Notes under the pieces: model-generated
Seen by the model: the letters and a program-made list of their open reading frames with translations, nothing else
Databases searched by the model: none
Told to the model about the DNA's origin: nothing
Source: Elusimicrobiota bacterium
GTDB taxonomy: Bacteria; Elusimicrobiota; Elusimicrobia; FEN-1173; JAKLIF01
DNA: 64,000 nt
Assembly: GCA_022709755.1 (NCBI GenBank)
Contig: JAKLIF010000009.1
Location: 10,694 to 74,693 of the forward strand
Direction of reading: 5' to 3'
In this document: positions 1-9,281 of the stretch, one piece after another
How the letters are laid out: each line of letters opens with the position of its first letter
Position numbering within the stretch: position 1 is the stretch's first letter
Program-made: the position numbers and the translations under genes

Positions 1-971
1 GGATCCGCCAGATCGGCGAGCACGTATCCGTCTTTACCGTCGGTCAACAACTCGGAGGAACCGGCCATCCTGCTGACGATCGCCGGACACCCGCTGGACA
101 TGGCCTCCATCGTCGTGAGTCCCCACTCCTCGTAGTGCGCCGCCAACACGAAAACATCCGCGGCCGGATAATATTCCTCGACGTTCCTGGCATGAGGGCA
201 CATCCGGATCCGGTTCATATCCATCAGCGAACGGATCTCGGCCGAGCAGGTTCGAAAATGGTCGTCTTTCTCTGAAAAACCGCCCACCAGACACAGGTGC
301 AGAGGAGTCGAGCGAGCCAACGATGAGGCGGCCCGGATCAACAATGATACATTTCTCTTGGACACATCGCCAGAAACCACGGAAAGGACCACGAACGCCG
401 ACGACGGCCATCCCCATTCTCCCAGCCATCTCCCGCGAAGTTCCGTCCGGCGCGCCGGAGTGTATCGTTCCGAATCCACGCCGTACGTCACGATCCGCAC
501 TTTTTCCTCGGGCACACCGTAAAACCGGATGACGTCTTCCCGGACGCGCCGGGAGATGGCGATGACGGTCCGCGAACCCGATCCGGAGAACTGGCGTTCG
601 CGGACATATCGGACGCCGGACGAGGGGCGCCGTCCGTCCGGGACGTAATGGGCCGCCGCCGCATCACAGTTATTGACGGTCACCACGTCCTGCCTCGTCA
701 CATCCCCCTGTCCGTGGACCAATCCGATGCCGTCCCGTCGGGCCCTCCAGCGGAAAAACGCGTCGAAGCTGGCCGCGCGGCCCCACGATGACAGAGGGAC
801 CATCGGCACCGTCTTGACGCAAACGTCGGACGGGAGCGCCGGGGGCAACCGATGGGCATAGACGACGGGGGTGAATCCGGAGCCGGGCAATCGCCGCACG
901 GTCTCAACCACGCACCGGCTCACGCCGGACGTCAACGAAAAATTGCGGACAGGGAAGGCGACGGAGATCAT
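1..971 (-). CDS. Glycosyltransferase, GT4 (group 1) family; 3' end cut by window edge
   Basis: Absent from the ORF track because it runs off the window. I translated the reverse strand from ATG 971-969 to position 1 and found no stop (323 codons). The N-terminus is MISVAFPVRNFSLTSGVSRCVVE. The C-terminal part, YPAADVFVLAAHYEEWGLTTMEAMSSGCPAIVSRMAGSSELLTDGKDGYVL, is the E-x7-E region typical of GT4 enzymes. It starts 11 nt after the stop of the upstream lpxL-like gene. Confidence 0.75.
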   Translation of the reverse strand, partial: MISVAFPVRNFSLTSGVSRCVVETVRRLPGSGFTPVVYAHRLPPALPSDVCVKTVPMVPLSSWGRAASFDAFFRWRARRDGIGLVHGQGDVTRQDVVTVNNCDAAAAHYVPDGRRPSSGVRYVRERQFSGSGSRTVIAISRRVREDVIRFYGVPEEKVRIVTYGVDSERYTPARRTELRGRWLGEWGWPSSAFVVLSVVSGDVSKRNVSLLIRAASSLARSTPLHLCLVGGFSEKDDHFRTCSAEIRSLMDMNRIRMCPHARNVEEYYPAADVFVLAAHYEEWGLTTMEAMSSGCPAIVSRMAGSSELLTDGKDGYVLADLAD

Positions 972-984
972 CCGGGGAGTCGGT

Positions 985-1863
985 TCATTTCCATCGGTCG
1001 TGGATCCACAACCACATGCCGGGTCTCTCGCGGATCCACTCATCCACCACGCGCGTCATCCGGGCCGTGGCCTCCCGCACATCCTCTTCCTTCATCGTCA
1101 ATCCGTCCAAATCCACTTCCGGCGACACATGCACCCTCAGTTTTCCCCCCTCGCGCCAACAGTGAGCCGGCAGGACCGGCACACCCAGCCGTAACGCCAA
1201 GAAGGCCGGCAAGATCGTCGTATGGGCGGGCCGTCCCAGGAACGGCACCTTCACTCCGCCGTCGGTAATCCTCTGGTCGAACAACATCCCCAGCACATTT
1301 CCCGCTCTCAGCCAGCGGATCGACTCCTTGACGGCGTTCTTATGCCAGAAAACTTCCGCGCCGAAATGGGTCCGGATGGCGGTAATGAACGCGTCCACGT
1401 AGGGGTTCTTCATGCGCCGGGCGATAACCGCGGTGGGGTAGTCCAACAGAGGGAGGAAATGCTGGGCGTATTCCCAATTGGTGTAGTGCGCGGTGAAGAG
1501 GATGACCCCCTTGCCCTTCCGATAGGCCTTCTCAATATCCTCCAACCCGGTCACCGTCACCAGGTCGAAATAAGCGTCCTTGTCGAGGGCGGGCAAATGG
1601 GTGAATTCCGCCATGGCGATGCCGAGGTTTTCCCAACTCTGAGCGACAATGGCCCGGACCTGATCCGGCGGCGTGTCGGGGAAGGCCCGCGCAACGTTAT
1701 CGGACGCGAGGAGAGTGCGGCGCTTGACGACTCTCCCGAGGAATCGGCCCAACGCGGCTCCTCCCCGACGTCCCAAAGAGAGCGGGATCGAGGAAAACAT
1801 CCAGAAGACGAGCCGAACGAGCGCGTATTCTAGGAGAAAAGAGATCTTATTTTTTGTTTCCAA
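985..1863 (-). CDS. Lipid A biosynthesis lauroyl/myristoyl acyltransferase (LpxL/HtrB family)
   Basis: ORF-track 985..2010. Family-like segments include FTAHYTNWEYAQHF, KNPYVDAFITAIRTHFGAEV, MLFDQR and VPFLGRPAHTTILPAFLALRLGVPVLPA. I place the start at TTG 1863, preceded by GGAGGA 4-5 nt upstream, giving 292 aa. The track start at 2010 would overlap lpxK by 181 nt. Confidence 0.8.
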   Translation of the reverse strand: METKNKISFLLEYALVRLVFWMFSSIPLSLGRRGGAALGRFLGRVVKRRTLLASDNVARAFPDTPPDQVRAIVAQSWENLGIAMAEFTHLPALDKDAYFDLVTVTGLEDIEKAYRKGKGVILFTAHYTNWEYAQHFLPLLDYPTAVIARRMKNPYVDAFITAIRTHFGAEVFWHKNAVKESIRWLRAGNVLGMLFDQRITDGGVKVPFLGRPAHTTILPAFLALRLGVPVLPAHCWREGGKLRVHVSPEVDLDGLTMKEEDVREATARMTRVVDEWIRERPGMWLWIHDRWK

Positions 1864-2858
1864 GGTTCCTCCGCGCCGTCGGACGCGTTCGATTTTCTCG
1901 GAGAAAAGTTCAACACCGCCACCAGGCACGGGAACTGCGCCGGCAAGCGTTGAAAATCCTTCTCGGTCGTCACGACCAGAAGGTTCTCCCGTTGAGCCAC
2001 GGACAGACACTCGTCGAGCTCGCGCTGTCTGAACAGGTGGTGGTCCGGGAACCTCCGGGAAGAGATGATTTCAAGGCCAGCTCTCTGCAAAGACCGTTCA
2101 AACCCCGCCGGCCCGGCGATCGCGGACAACGCCATCACCCGTTGGCCTTTGGCCCAATCCGGGGATTCCACGCGGCCCGTGGCCGGATTCAGGAACAAGA
2201 TGGATTCGTCCATCAACACGACGGACAGTTCGGGCGCCGACTGATGGATCTCGGATTCAATCAACAGCAACCGTTCTTCAGCGACCAGGTTGGCCCGCGT
2301 CACAAAAGCCACCTGCGCCCGTTTCAAGCCGTCCCGCCCCTCCCGGACCAACACGCCGGCCCCCCAGGGGTTCAACGCGTTGAGGCACACGATGTCCATC
2401 GTCCGGCTCAACTGGAAGTGTTGGAACCCGTCGTCTAAAATGACGCTATCGGCCGACAAGGCGTCAATCGCCCGGGAGACGCCCCGGACGCGGTCGGCGC
2501 ACACCACCACGGGCACCTGTTTCAGCCGGCGGGCCAGCAAGAGGGGCTCATCCCCCGAATCGTAGGCCATCCCGAAGACATTTTTCCCGTCGGAAACGAT
2601 GAAGGGTTCATCCGGATCCCCGATCCGGCCATATCCGCGGCTCACGATGACCGGTCTCCGTCCCAGAGAGACCAGATGTTCGGCCAACCACAAGACGGAC
2701 GGAGTCTTTCCCGCCCCCCCGGCCGTCAGGTTCCCGACGCAGACGACGGGAACCGGGAACCGCGTGGACGCGAGGACACCGTTTTCATGCGCCCATCGGT
2801 TCCACTTTGTTCCTAATTGGTACAATGAAGAGGCAAGTTTCCAGCTCAAGGTGTTCAT
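1830..2858 (-). CDS. lpxK: Tetraacyldisaccharide 4'-kinase
   Basis: 342 aa with the P-loop context VVCVGNLTAGGAGKTP, followed by VIVSRGYGR and LDDGFQH, all typical of LpxK. It sits next to the lpxL-like gene. Confidence 0.9.
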   Translation of the reverse strand: MNTLSWKLASSLYQLGTKWNRWAHENGVLASTRFPVPVVCVGNLTAGGAGKTPSVLWLAEHLVSLGRRPVIVSRGYGRIGDPDEPFIVSDGKNVFGMAYDSGDEPLLLARRLKQVPVVVCADRVRGVSRAIDALSADSVILDDGFQHFQLSRTMDIVCLNALNPWGAGVLVREGRDGLKRAQVAFVTRANLVAEERLLLIESEIHQSAPELSVVLMDESILFLNPATGRVESPDWAKGQRVMALSAIAGPAGFERSLQRAGLEIISSRRFPDHHLFRQRELDECLSVAQRENLLVVTTEKDFQRLPAQFPCLVAVLNFSPRKSNASDGAEEPWKQKIRSLFS

Positions 2859-2939
2859 TTAATTTTCCACCATTTCATATCGACACGAGCGAATAATTGT
2901 ATAATTTCGCTGATTAGATTGGTAGGAGCAAGTCATATC

Positions 2940-3758
2940 ATGCCCTCACATCCCGATTACGTTCATGGATACCACGACAAGGAATCGGCCCGATTGGACG
3001 ACCAGTCGGCCTGCCTGGAGGGGTTGCTTCATTGGGACACCGCATTCCCCAAAGGGTCCCGGATACTCGAAGCCGGGTGCGGGATCGGCTCGCAGACCCG
3101 GATCATCGCCCGGAAGAACCCGGACTGTTCGTTCCTGTCCGTCGATCTCTCCACCGGCTCCCTCCAGAAAGCCAAGGACACGATTCGATCCCTGAACATT
3201 CCCAACGTTCAGTTCCAGATCGGGGACATCCTCAACCTGCAATTCGCCGACGAGACCTTCGACCATGTCTTCGTCTGCTTCACGCTCGAACATCTCCCCT
3301 CCCCCCTAAACGCGCTGCAATCGCTCCGGCGGGTCCTCAAGAAAGGGGGCACGCTCATGGTCATCGAAGGAGACCATGGTTCCGCCTATTTCCATCCGGA
3401 CAGTCCCCGGGCGGCGGCTGTCATCGGCTCTCTTGTGAAACTTCAATCATCGGCGGGCGGCAACGCCCTGATCGGAAGAGAACTCCATCCCCTCCTCACC
3501 CAGGCGGGATTCCAGAATTGCCGCGTCTCCCCCCGGATGGTGTATGCGGATTCAAGCAACCCCGGGCTGGTGGATTGTTTCACCCGGAAAACGTTCATCG
3601 CCATGATCGCCGGAGTCAGGGAACGGGTGATCGCGGAGGGACTGATGGAGGGAATGGAGTTCGACCAGGGGATCGACGAACTTGAACGGACCGCGCGGCC
3701 CGGCGGTGTCTTCTGTTACACGTTCTTCAAGGCCGTCGCCGTGAAACCGGAGACCTGA
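2940..3758 (+). CDS. Class I SAM-dependent methyltransferase
   Basis: Motif I is ILEAGCGIGSQT, followed by FLSVDLS and FDHVFVCFTLEHL. ATG 2940 has AGGAG 11 nt upstream; the track start is a TTG at 2919. Confidence 0.8.
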   Translation: MPSHPDYVHGYHDKESARLDDQSACLEGLLHWDTAFPKGSRILEAGCGIGSQTRIIARKNPDCSFLSVDLSTGSLQKAKDTIRSLNIPNVQFQIGDILNLQFADETFDHVFVCFTLEHLPSPLNALQSLRRVLKKGGTLMVIEGDHGSAYFHPDSPRAAAVIGSLVKLQSSAGGNALIGRELHPLLTQAGFQNCRVSPRMVYADSSNPGLVDCFTRKTFIAMIAGVRERVIAEGLMEGMEFDQGIDELERTARPGGVFCYTFFKAVAVKPET

Positions 3759-3761
3759 CCC

Positions 3762-4325
3762 ATGGACCTCCTCACCACCCTGTTGATCGCCATCGGATTG
3801 TCCATGGACGCGTTCGCGGTGGCCGTCGCCAGCGGGATCGCGCTGAACAATCTGAAGACAAAAGACGCGCTCACCATCGCAACCTCCTTCGGCCTGTTCC
3901 AGGCCGTCATGCCGGTCCTCGGCTGGTGGACGGGACTGAGCCTCCGCCAATTCATCTCCGGGATCGACCATTGGATCGCCTTCGGATTACTCTCGGCCAT
4001 CGGGGTGAAAATGATCTACGAAGCCACGCGGTTGGACGACGACGAGAAACCGATGAGTTCCCTCCGGTTCCGCGTCCTGCTCCTGTTGGCGATCGCCACC
4101 AGCATCGACGCGTTGGCCGTCGGCCTCAGCTTCGCTTTCCTCCACGTCCCCATCATCGCCCCCTCCCTGATCATCGGGGCGGTCACTTTCGTTCTGTCTT
4201 TCGCGGGCGTCTACCTGGGCCGGCGAGTCGGGCATCTATTTGAGAATAAGATCGAAATCCTGGGCGGATTGATCCTGATCGGGATCGGACTCAAGATCCT
4301 CCTCCAACACCTGGGGACTCCATGA
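3762..4325 (+). CDS. mntP: Manganese efflux pump MntP family
   Basis: 187 aa and six predicted TM segments. N-terminal LSMDAFAVAVASG and the second-half repeat ATSIDALAVGLSF match the two-repeat MntP architecture. Confidence 0.8.
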   Translation: MDLLTTLLIAIGLSMDAFAVAVASGIALNNLKTKDALTIATSFGLFQAVMPVLGWWTGLSLRQFISGIDHWIAFGLLSAIGVKMIYEATRLDDDEKPMSSLRFRVLLLLAIATSIDALAVGLSFAFLHVPIIAPSLIIGAVTFVLSFAGVYLGRRVGHLFENKIEILGGLILIGIGLKILLQHLGTP

Positions 4326-5227
4326 AGATCGGATACCCCTGTCTCAACCGGGGCATCGGATGCACGGCGAACTCCACCTTCCGGCTGGCCAACTACAGCG
4401 CATCGCGCTTCCTCACCACCGTTCAAAACAATCTCTCCTGTCTGCGGGACATCCTGCGCTATAACATCGATCACGGGCTCCTCTTCCTGAGGATCAGTTC
4501 GGACATCATCCCCTTCGCCTCCCATCCCGTCTGCACTCTCAATTGGAGGAAGACCTTCAACAAGGAGCTGGCCGGGCTCGGAAAACTCATCAGGGCCCAC
4601 CGGATGCGGATATCCATGCATCCGGATCAATTCGTGCTCCTCAACGCCCAGAGGCAGAATATCGTCGATAAAAGTGTGCGGGATTTGGACTGGCATTGCC
4701 GTTTCCTCGATTCGATGGGGATGGGCGATGACGCCAAAGTCCAGATCCATATCGGCGGTGTGTATGGCGATAAACCCTCGGCGATCGACCGCTTCACCCG
4801 GACTTACCGGCGCCTTCCCCTTTTCATCAGGCGCAGACTTGTGATCGAAAACGACGACCGCCTCTTCACCGTGCGCGATTGTCTGGACATCCACCGAACG
4901 ACGGGGATCCCGGTGCTCTTCGACAATTTCCATCACGCCTGCCACAACGACGGAGAATCGCTCCGCACGGCCCTGCGTCAAACCGCGTGCACATGGAAAA
5001 CGACCGATGGCCCTCCGATGCTGGATTACAGCTCCCAACAACCCGGAGCCCGGCGCGGCAAACACGCCGAGAGCATCGACATCGACGATTTCAAAGAATT
5101 CCTCCGTGCATCACGGGGATGGGACGGCGACATCATGTTGGAGATCAAGGACAAGGAACAGAGCGCCCTCAAAGCCGTGGAACTCATCCGGAAAGCCGCC
5201 GCGGGATCCCCTCGCATCAGACAATGA
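4322..5227 (+). CDS. uvsE: UV damage endonuclease (UvdE/UvsE family)
   Basis: N-terminus MKIGYPCLNRGIGCTANSTFRLANYS, followed by FLRISSDIIPFASHP, MHPDQFVLLN and KVQIHIGG, all typical of UVDE TIM-barrel endonucleases. ATGA overlap with the mntP stop at 4322-4325. Confidence 0.8.
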   Translation: MKIGYPCLNRGIGCTANSTFRLANYSASRFLTTVQNNLSCLRDILRYNIDHGLLFLRISSDIIPFASHPVCTLNWRKTFNKELAGLGKLIRAHRMRISMHPDQFVLLNAQRQNIVDKSVRDLDWHCRFLDSMGMGDDAKVQIHIGGVYGDKPSAIDRFTRTYRRLPLFIRRRLVIENDDRLFTVRDCLDIHRTTGIPVLFDNFHHACHNDGESLRTALRQTACTWKTTDGPPMLDYSSQQPGARRGKHAESIDIDDFKEFLRASRGWDGDIMLEIKDKEQSALKAVELIRKAAAGSPRIRQ

Positions 5228-6117
5228 CCCTCTGGCCTCCGGGACGGCAGATTTCAGAGCATGTGCACCAGTTGACCATCCCTTTTTCGATCCCCGTCGC
5301 CCCGAACCGGTCCCTGATCCGGAGCGTGCTCATCCACCTGATCGTCGACCGGAGGATCTGTCTCATCGACACAGGAGTCTCAGGCAGCGAAACGCCGATA
5401 TTCCATTACATCCGGACTCTTCGCCGGAAACCGTCCGAGATCGCGATGATCGTGCTGACTCACTCCCACCCGGACCATGCCGGCGCCACGTCCACCATCC
5501 GGAAAGCCACGGGATGCCGCGTCGCCGCCCATCGCGCCGAACTCCCGTGGCTGGAAGACCCCTCCCGGCAAAACCAAGAACGGCCCATCCCGGGATTCAA
5601 CGATCTGTTCAGCGAACCGGTCCATCCGGACATCGAGATCACGGGGGGCGGGCCCCTCGAGATCGACGACGATCTCCGGATCGACCTATTCCACACTCCG
5701 GGCCATTCGCGCGGGTCGATCTCCGCCTGGTTTGAAAGGGACAGAGTGCTCCTCACGGGGGATGCCGTTCCCGTCCCCGGCGCCCCTCCCATCTACGACG
5801 ATGCGGTGTCGACCGCCCAGTCGCTCCTGATGCTGCGGAAGATCCCGCGGATCCGGTTCATGCTCGCCGCCTGGGATCCGCCCAAAAAAGACGGCGAATG
5901 CTACAAAGCCATGGACGACGCGATGTTTTATGTTCAACGGGTGCACGAGGCCGTTCTGAGAGCGGGAGGGCCGACCGACCCCGATCCCCGATACCTGTGT
6001 CGGCAGGTGATGGAGATCCTGGGCCTCCCTCCCGGCGACATCAACCCGCTCCTGATGAGGACTTTTTCCTCCCACTGGAATACTCGCGACCGAAAGGACC
6101 TCTTCAGCTCCCGATGA
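5224..6117 (+). CDS. MBL-fold metallo-hydrolase
   Basis: Carries the HxHxDH motif (LTHSHPDHAGA) and a later HTPGHSRGS. The track ORF 4879..6117 begins in a frame overlapping uvsE. ATG 5224 forms an ATGA overlap with the uvsE stop. Confidence 0.8.
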   Translation: MTLWPPGRQISEHVHQLTIPFSIPVAPNRSLIRSVLIHLIVDRRICLIDTGVSGSETPIFHYIRTLRRKPSEIAMIVLTHSHPDHAGATSTIRKATGCRVAAHRAELPWLEDPSRQNQERPIPGFNDLFSEPVHPDIEITGGGPLEIDDDLRIDLFHTPGHSRGSISAWFERDRVLLTGDAVPVPGAPPIYDDAVSTAQSLLMLRKIPRIRFMLAAWDPPKKDGECYKAMDDAMFYVQRVHEAVLRAGGPTDPDPRYLCRQVMEILGLPPGDINPLLMRTFSSHWNTRDRKDLFSSR

Positions 6118-6611
6118 CACACCCCGACCGCCGCCCCCGAATCGCCGTGCTCACAAAGATCCGACTCCCGGAGATTGTCCCCCTCTTTTTCGAACTGATC
6201 CGCTCCATCCGGGTGACCACTCAAGACCCCTATTTCCGGTCCCTGCGGGTCAGCCGGCCCAGGGCCCGGAAGTGGTTGGCCCGTTATATCGGGAAACGGG
6301 ACAAAAAGGTCTGGGTGTCGACAGTGGAAGGTCGCGTGGTGGGATATATCGCGGGGGAGATCATCGATTGTTTCCTCCCGATCTCGCGGGTCGGACGGAT
6401 CGGCTATATCAGCGGCGCGTGCGTCGAAGGACCATTCCGCCGCAAAGGCATCATGGAATCATTGGAACGGAAGATGATCGGATTTTTCAGGAAACGCGGT
6501 GTGGATTACGCCGAACTGCACATTCTCTCGAAGAACCGGCCGGCCAGGCGCTGCTGGACGAAGCTGGGATATCGGACCTTCCGGGAACAGATGAGGAAAA
6601 GGATTCAGTAG
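6114..6611 (+). CDS. GNAT family N-acetyltransferase
   Basis: The acetyl-CoA-binding-like segment is VEGPFRRKGIMESLERKMIGFFRKRGVDYAELHI. ATG 6114 forms an ATGA overlap with the MBL hydrolase stop. The track start at 5898 lies inside the upstream gene. Confidence 0.7.
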   Translation: MTHPDRRPRIAVLTKIRLPEIVPLFFELIRSIRVTTQDPYFRSLRVSRPRARKWLARYIGKRDKKVWVSTVEGRVVGYIAGEIIDCFLPISRVGRIGYISGACVEGPFRRKGIMESLERKMIGFFRKRGVDYAELHILSKNRPARRCWTKLGYRTFREQMRKRIQ

Positions 6612-7597
6612 AAGAACGACCGGACGAGTTTCACGACCAGAAAACTGATCGCCCCGCAGACGGGAAAAGTCAGAACCCAAGCGGTCACGATCTCGCCGGT
6701 CACCCCCCATCGGACCGCCGACAAACGTTTCACCGACCCCACCCCCATGATGGCGGTGCCGATGGTATGAGTGGTGCTCAGCGGGATCCCGAACCGGGAG
6801 GCCAGTTCGATCGTGCTGGCCGCCGCCATCTCGGCGGCGAACCCCTGATGTGTCTCTAAGGTGGTCATGCGGTTCCCGATGGTATGGATGATTTTCCATC
6901 CACCCAGGATCGTGCCGAGGGCCATCACGCTGCCGCACAACAGGACGACCCAGTAGGGGATCACGAACGACGGGAGTTTATGGCCGAGCACCAGGGCCAA
7001 CGTGAAAACCCCCATGAATTTCTGGCCGTCGTTGGACCCGTGAGTAAACGCCATGAACCCGGAGGAACAGATCTGCAAGATGCGGAAGACGCCCTTGGCT
7101 TTCCCCGGCACCGCCTTCCGAAAAGCCCAATAGACGCCCACCATCAGGATGAATCCGACGAAAAAACCGAGGAACGTGGAGAAGGCGAGCCCGATCAACA
7201 CTTTTTTCCAACCGACCCACAGGAGTGCGCCGGGACCGGCGGCCGCCAGTCCTCCGCCCGCCAAACCCGCGACCAACGCGTGACTTTCGCTGGTGGGAAG
7301 CCCCCACCGGGCCGCCAACGTGCTCCAGACGACGATCCCGACCATCGCCCCGCCCACGGTCAGAAGATCCACGACTGACGGATCGACGATGCCGGTCCCG
7401 ATGGTGTGAGCGACCGCCGTCCCCGAGAAGACGCCGACCATGTTCAAGCAGGTGGCCATGAGGATGGCGACGCGCGGCGTCAGGCTGCGGGTGCAAATGA
7501 CCGTGGCGATGGCGTTGGGAGCGTCGGTCCATCCGTTGACGAATTCGGCGCCCAGCACAAGCGCCAAAACCAACCAGAGTCCGATCTGCAGTTCCAT
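6605..7597 (-). CDS. Inorganic phosphate transporter, PiT family
   Basis: 330 aa and polytopic. The N-terminal GAEFVNGWTDAPNAIAT and later FTHGSNDGQK are the duplicated PiT signature. The 3' end overlaps the convergent GNAT gene by 7 nt. Confidence 0.85.
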   Translation of the reverse strand: MELQIGLWLVLALVLGAEFVNGWTDAPNAIATVICTRSLTPRVAILMATCLNMVGVFSGTAVAHTIGTGIVDPSVVDLLTVGGAMVGIVVWSTLAARWGLPTSESHALVAGLAGGGLAAAGPGALLWVGWKKVLIGLAFSTFLGFFVGFILMVGVYWAFRKAVPGKAKGVFRILQICSSGFMAFTHGSNDGQKFMGVFTLALVLGHKLPSFVIPYWVVLLCGSVMALGTILGGWKIIHTIGNRMTTLETHQGFAAEMAAASTIELASRFGIPLSTTHTIGTAIMGVGSVKRLSAVRWGVTGEIVTAWVLTFPVCGAISFLVVKLVRSFFY

Positions 7598-7619
7598 GGG
7601 GAGAGGTCGGCGGGGACGG

Positions 7620-8249
7620 TCAGGACCCGTGTTTCACGCGGATCCCATCGAGGATATTGGCGACGTGTTCGCATTTATCGATGGCGGACTCGGTCGCCTC
7701 ATAGATCTCTTTCCATTTCATCACATCCACCGGAGGCATTTCCACCGAGAAAAGCTTGTCCAGCGCGTTTTCGAGCTGAATATCCCCCTCGTTCTCGAGG
7801 CGGTTGATCTCGATACAATACTCGCGAAGGCGGAAACTCTGCGCGGAGTCGCGGAGGAGCCCGATGGACTTCCGTACCATGATCGCCGACTGGACCAAAA
7901 CCTCCGCCAAACGGATCAATTCGGGCGTCGTGTCCTTCAACTTATAGATGTGCATGCGGTTGGTGGTGGCCTTGACCATATCCACCACATCGTCCATCTC
8001 GCTGGCCAGCCGGTGGATATCCTCCCGGTCCAAAGGGGTGACGAACGTGCGGTTCAGGAGGTCGATGATCTCGTGCGTGGTGATATCCGCCTCGTGTTCG
8101 ATGACGCGAATGCGGTCGATGTGCGGCATCCGCTCGTTCCAATGAGAAATCATCTCCAGGAAGATCCGGGTGGCCTCACACATAAAATCCGCCTGGGTCT
8201 CATACAGCGTGAAAAACTTCTTCTCTGTCGGGATCAGATTCAAAGCCAT
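7620..8249 (-). CDS. DUF47 / PhoU-like phosphate transport regulator, PiT partner
   Basis: N-terminus MALNLIPTEKKFFTLYETQ followed by IEHEADITTHEI, typical of TIGR00153/DUF47 proteins that precede pit genes. ATG 8249 has GAGGTG about 8 nt upstream; the track start is 8294. Confidence 0.75.
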   Translation of the reverse strand: MALNLIPTEKKFFTLYETQADFMCEATRIFLEMISHWNERMPHIDRIRVIEHEADITTHEIIDLLNRTFVTPLDREDIHRLASEMDDVVDMVKATTNRMHIYKLKDTTPELIRLAEVLVQSAIMVRKSIGLLRDSAQSFRLREYCIEINRLENEGDIQLENALDKLFSVEMPPVDVMKWKEIYEATESAIDKCEHVANILDGIRVKHGS

Positions 8250-8319
8250 CGAGTTCCACCTCTCTGTTTCAAGATTATCACAGCATACTAGCATTTTACG
8301 GCCCCCTTGCCGATTCCGT

Positions 8320-8348
8320 TTGCCGCTTCCGACGACAAATGTTAGAAT
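8320..8348 (+). promoter_or_regulatory. Candidate sigma70-type promoter for zupT: -35 TTGCCG, 17-nt spacer, -10 TAGAAT preceded by TGT
   Basis: Read directly from the sequence: ttgccg at 8320-8325 and tagaat at 8343-8348. It lies in the AT-richer divergent intergenic region between the DUF47 gene and zupT. Motif match only. Confidence 0.3.
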
Positions 8349-8394
8349 TCCAATCCATGATCCACCTCATTCTCATCCCCCCGGAGAAGCGCCC

Positions 8395-9207
8395 GTGACG
8401 TTTCACCCGAACGTGCTATTGGCCTTCGGCATGACCCTTCTGGCGGGCCTGTCGACCGGGATTGGGAGCGCCCTCGCCTTCTTCGCGAGGCGAACCAACG
8501 CGAAATTCCTCTGCCTGTCTCTCGGTTTCTCCGCCGGCGTGATGATCTACGTCTCGTTCGTCGAGATCTTCGTCAAGTCCAAGACCGCGCTCACGGTCTC
8601 CCTGGGATCGTTCGGCGGTTATGCCGCCTCGACCGCCTCGTTCTTCGCGGGGCTCCTCCTCATCGCCGCCATCGACCGGATCATCCCCCCATTCGAGAAC
8701 CCTCACGAACTCCGTTCCAGTGACGAGCCCCCCCCTCCCGACGCCGCCCGGCCCGGCCTCTATCGCATGGGCCTCTTCTCCGCGCTCGCCATCGGACTCC
8801 ACAACTTTCCAGAAGGATTGGCCACGTTCGTCTCGGCCCTGAAGGACCCGCTCCTGGGGATCCCGATCATGGTCGCGATCGCCATCCACAACATCCCCGA
8901 GGGGATCGCCGTCTCCATCCCCGTTTTCTATTCCACCGGAAGCAAGCGCAAAGCCTTCCTCCTGTCGTTCCTGTCCGGCCTGGCCGAACCCGTGGGAGCC
9001 GGGATCGGGTTCCTGTTCCTCATGCCGTTCCTCAGCGACGCCCTCTTCGGCGTCGTCTATGGAGTCGTGGCGGGGATCATGGTCTTCATTTCCCTCGACG
9101 AGCTGCTCCCGACCGCCGAAAAATACGGCGAACATCATCTCGCCATCTACGGCCTGACAGGAGGGATGGCCGTCATGGCGATCAGCCTCCTGGCGTTCGC
9201 CCGATGA
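8395..9207 (+). CDS. zupT: Zinc transporter ZupT (ZIP family)
   Basis: Contains LAGLSTGIGSALAFF, LGFSAGVMIYVSFVEI, HNFPEGLA and AIAIHNIPEGIAV, the ZIP signatures. GTG 8395 gives 270 aa with GGAG 9 nt upstream. The track start at 8170 overlaps the divergent gene. Confidence 0.8.
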   Translation: MTFHPNVLLAFGMTLLAGLSTGIGSALAFFARRTNAKFLCLSLGFSAGVMIYVSFVEIFVKSKTALTVSLGSFGGYAASTASFFAGLLLIAAIDRIIPPFENPHELRSSDEPPPPDAARPGLYRMGLFSALAIGLHNFPEGLATFVSALKDPLLGIPIMVAIAIHNIPEGIAVSIPVFYSTGSKRKAFLLSFLSGLAEPVGAGIGFLFLMPFLSDALFGVVYGVVAGIMVFISLDELLPTAEKYGEHHLAIYGLTGGMAVMAISLLAFAR

Positions 9208-9281
9208 GATTTGAGCTGTCCGATCGGAGAAAATACTAAAATAGAGAACAGAGAGCCGAACCCTGTCAAAAAGGAGATTCT

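Noticed and set aside
1-6. GGATCC at the very start of the window, considered as a cloning (BamHI) boundary.
   Set aside because: The same hexamer occurs repeatedly inside the window, so it carries no information about the origin of the fragment.
4879-5223. Long N-terminal extensions in the ORF track. Examples are 4879 for the MBL hydrolase, 32231 for the beta-solenoid gene, 20510 for GT4, 43795 for the Wzy-TPR gene, 13023, 11624 and 23168.
   Set aside because: The extensions overlap the upstream gene in another frame and are Arg/Gly/Pro-rich. They end at an internal ATG/GTG that forms a 4-nt overlap or has an SD and matches the expected family N-terminus.
8330-8352. A possible Zur/Fur-type operator (acaaatgttagaattccaatc) upstream of zupT.
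   Set aside because: Only a half-site-like AAATGTTA is present, and I could not find the matching inverted half, so there is no defensible palindrome.
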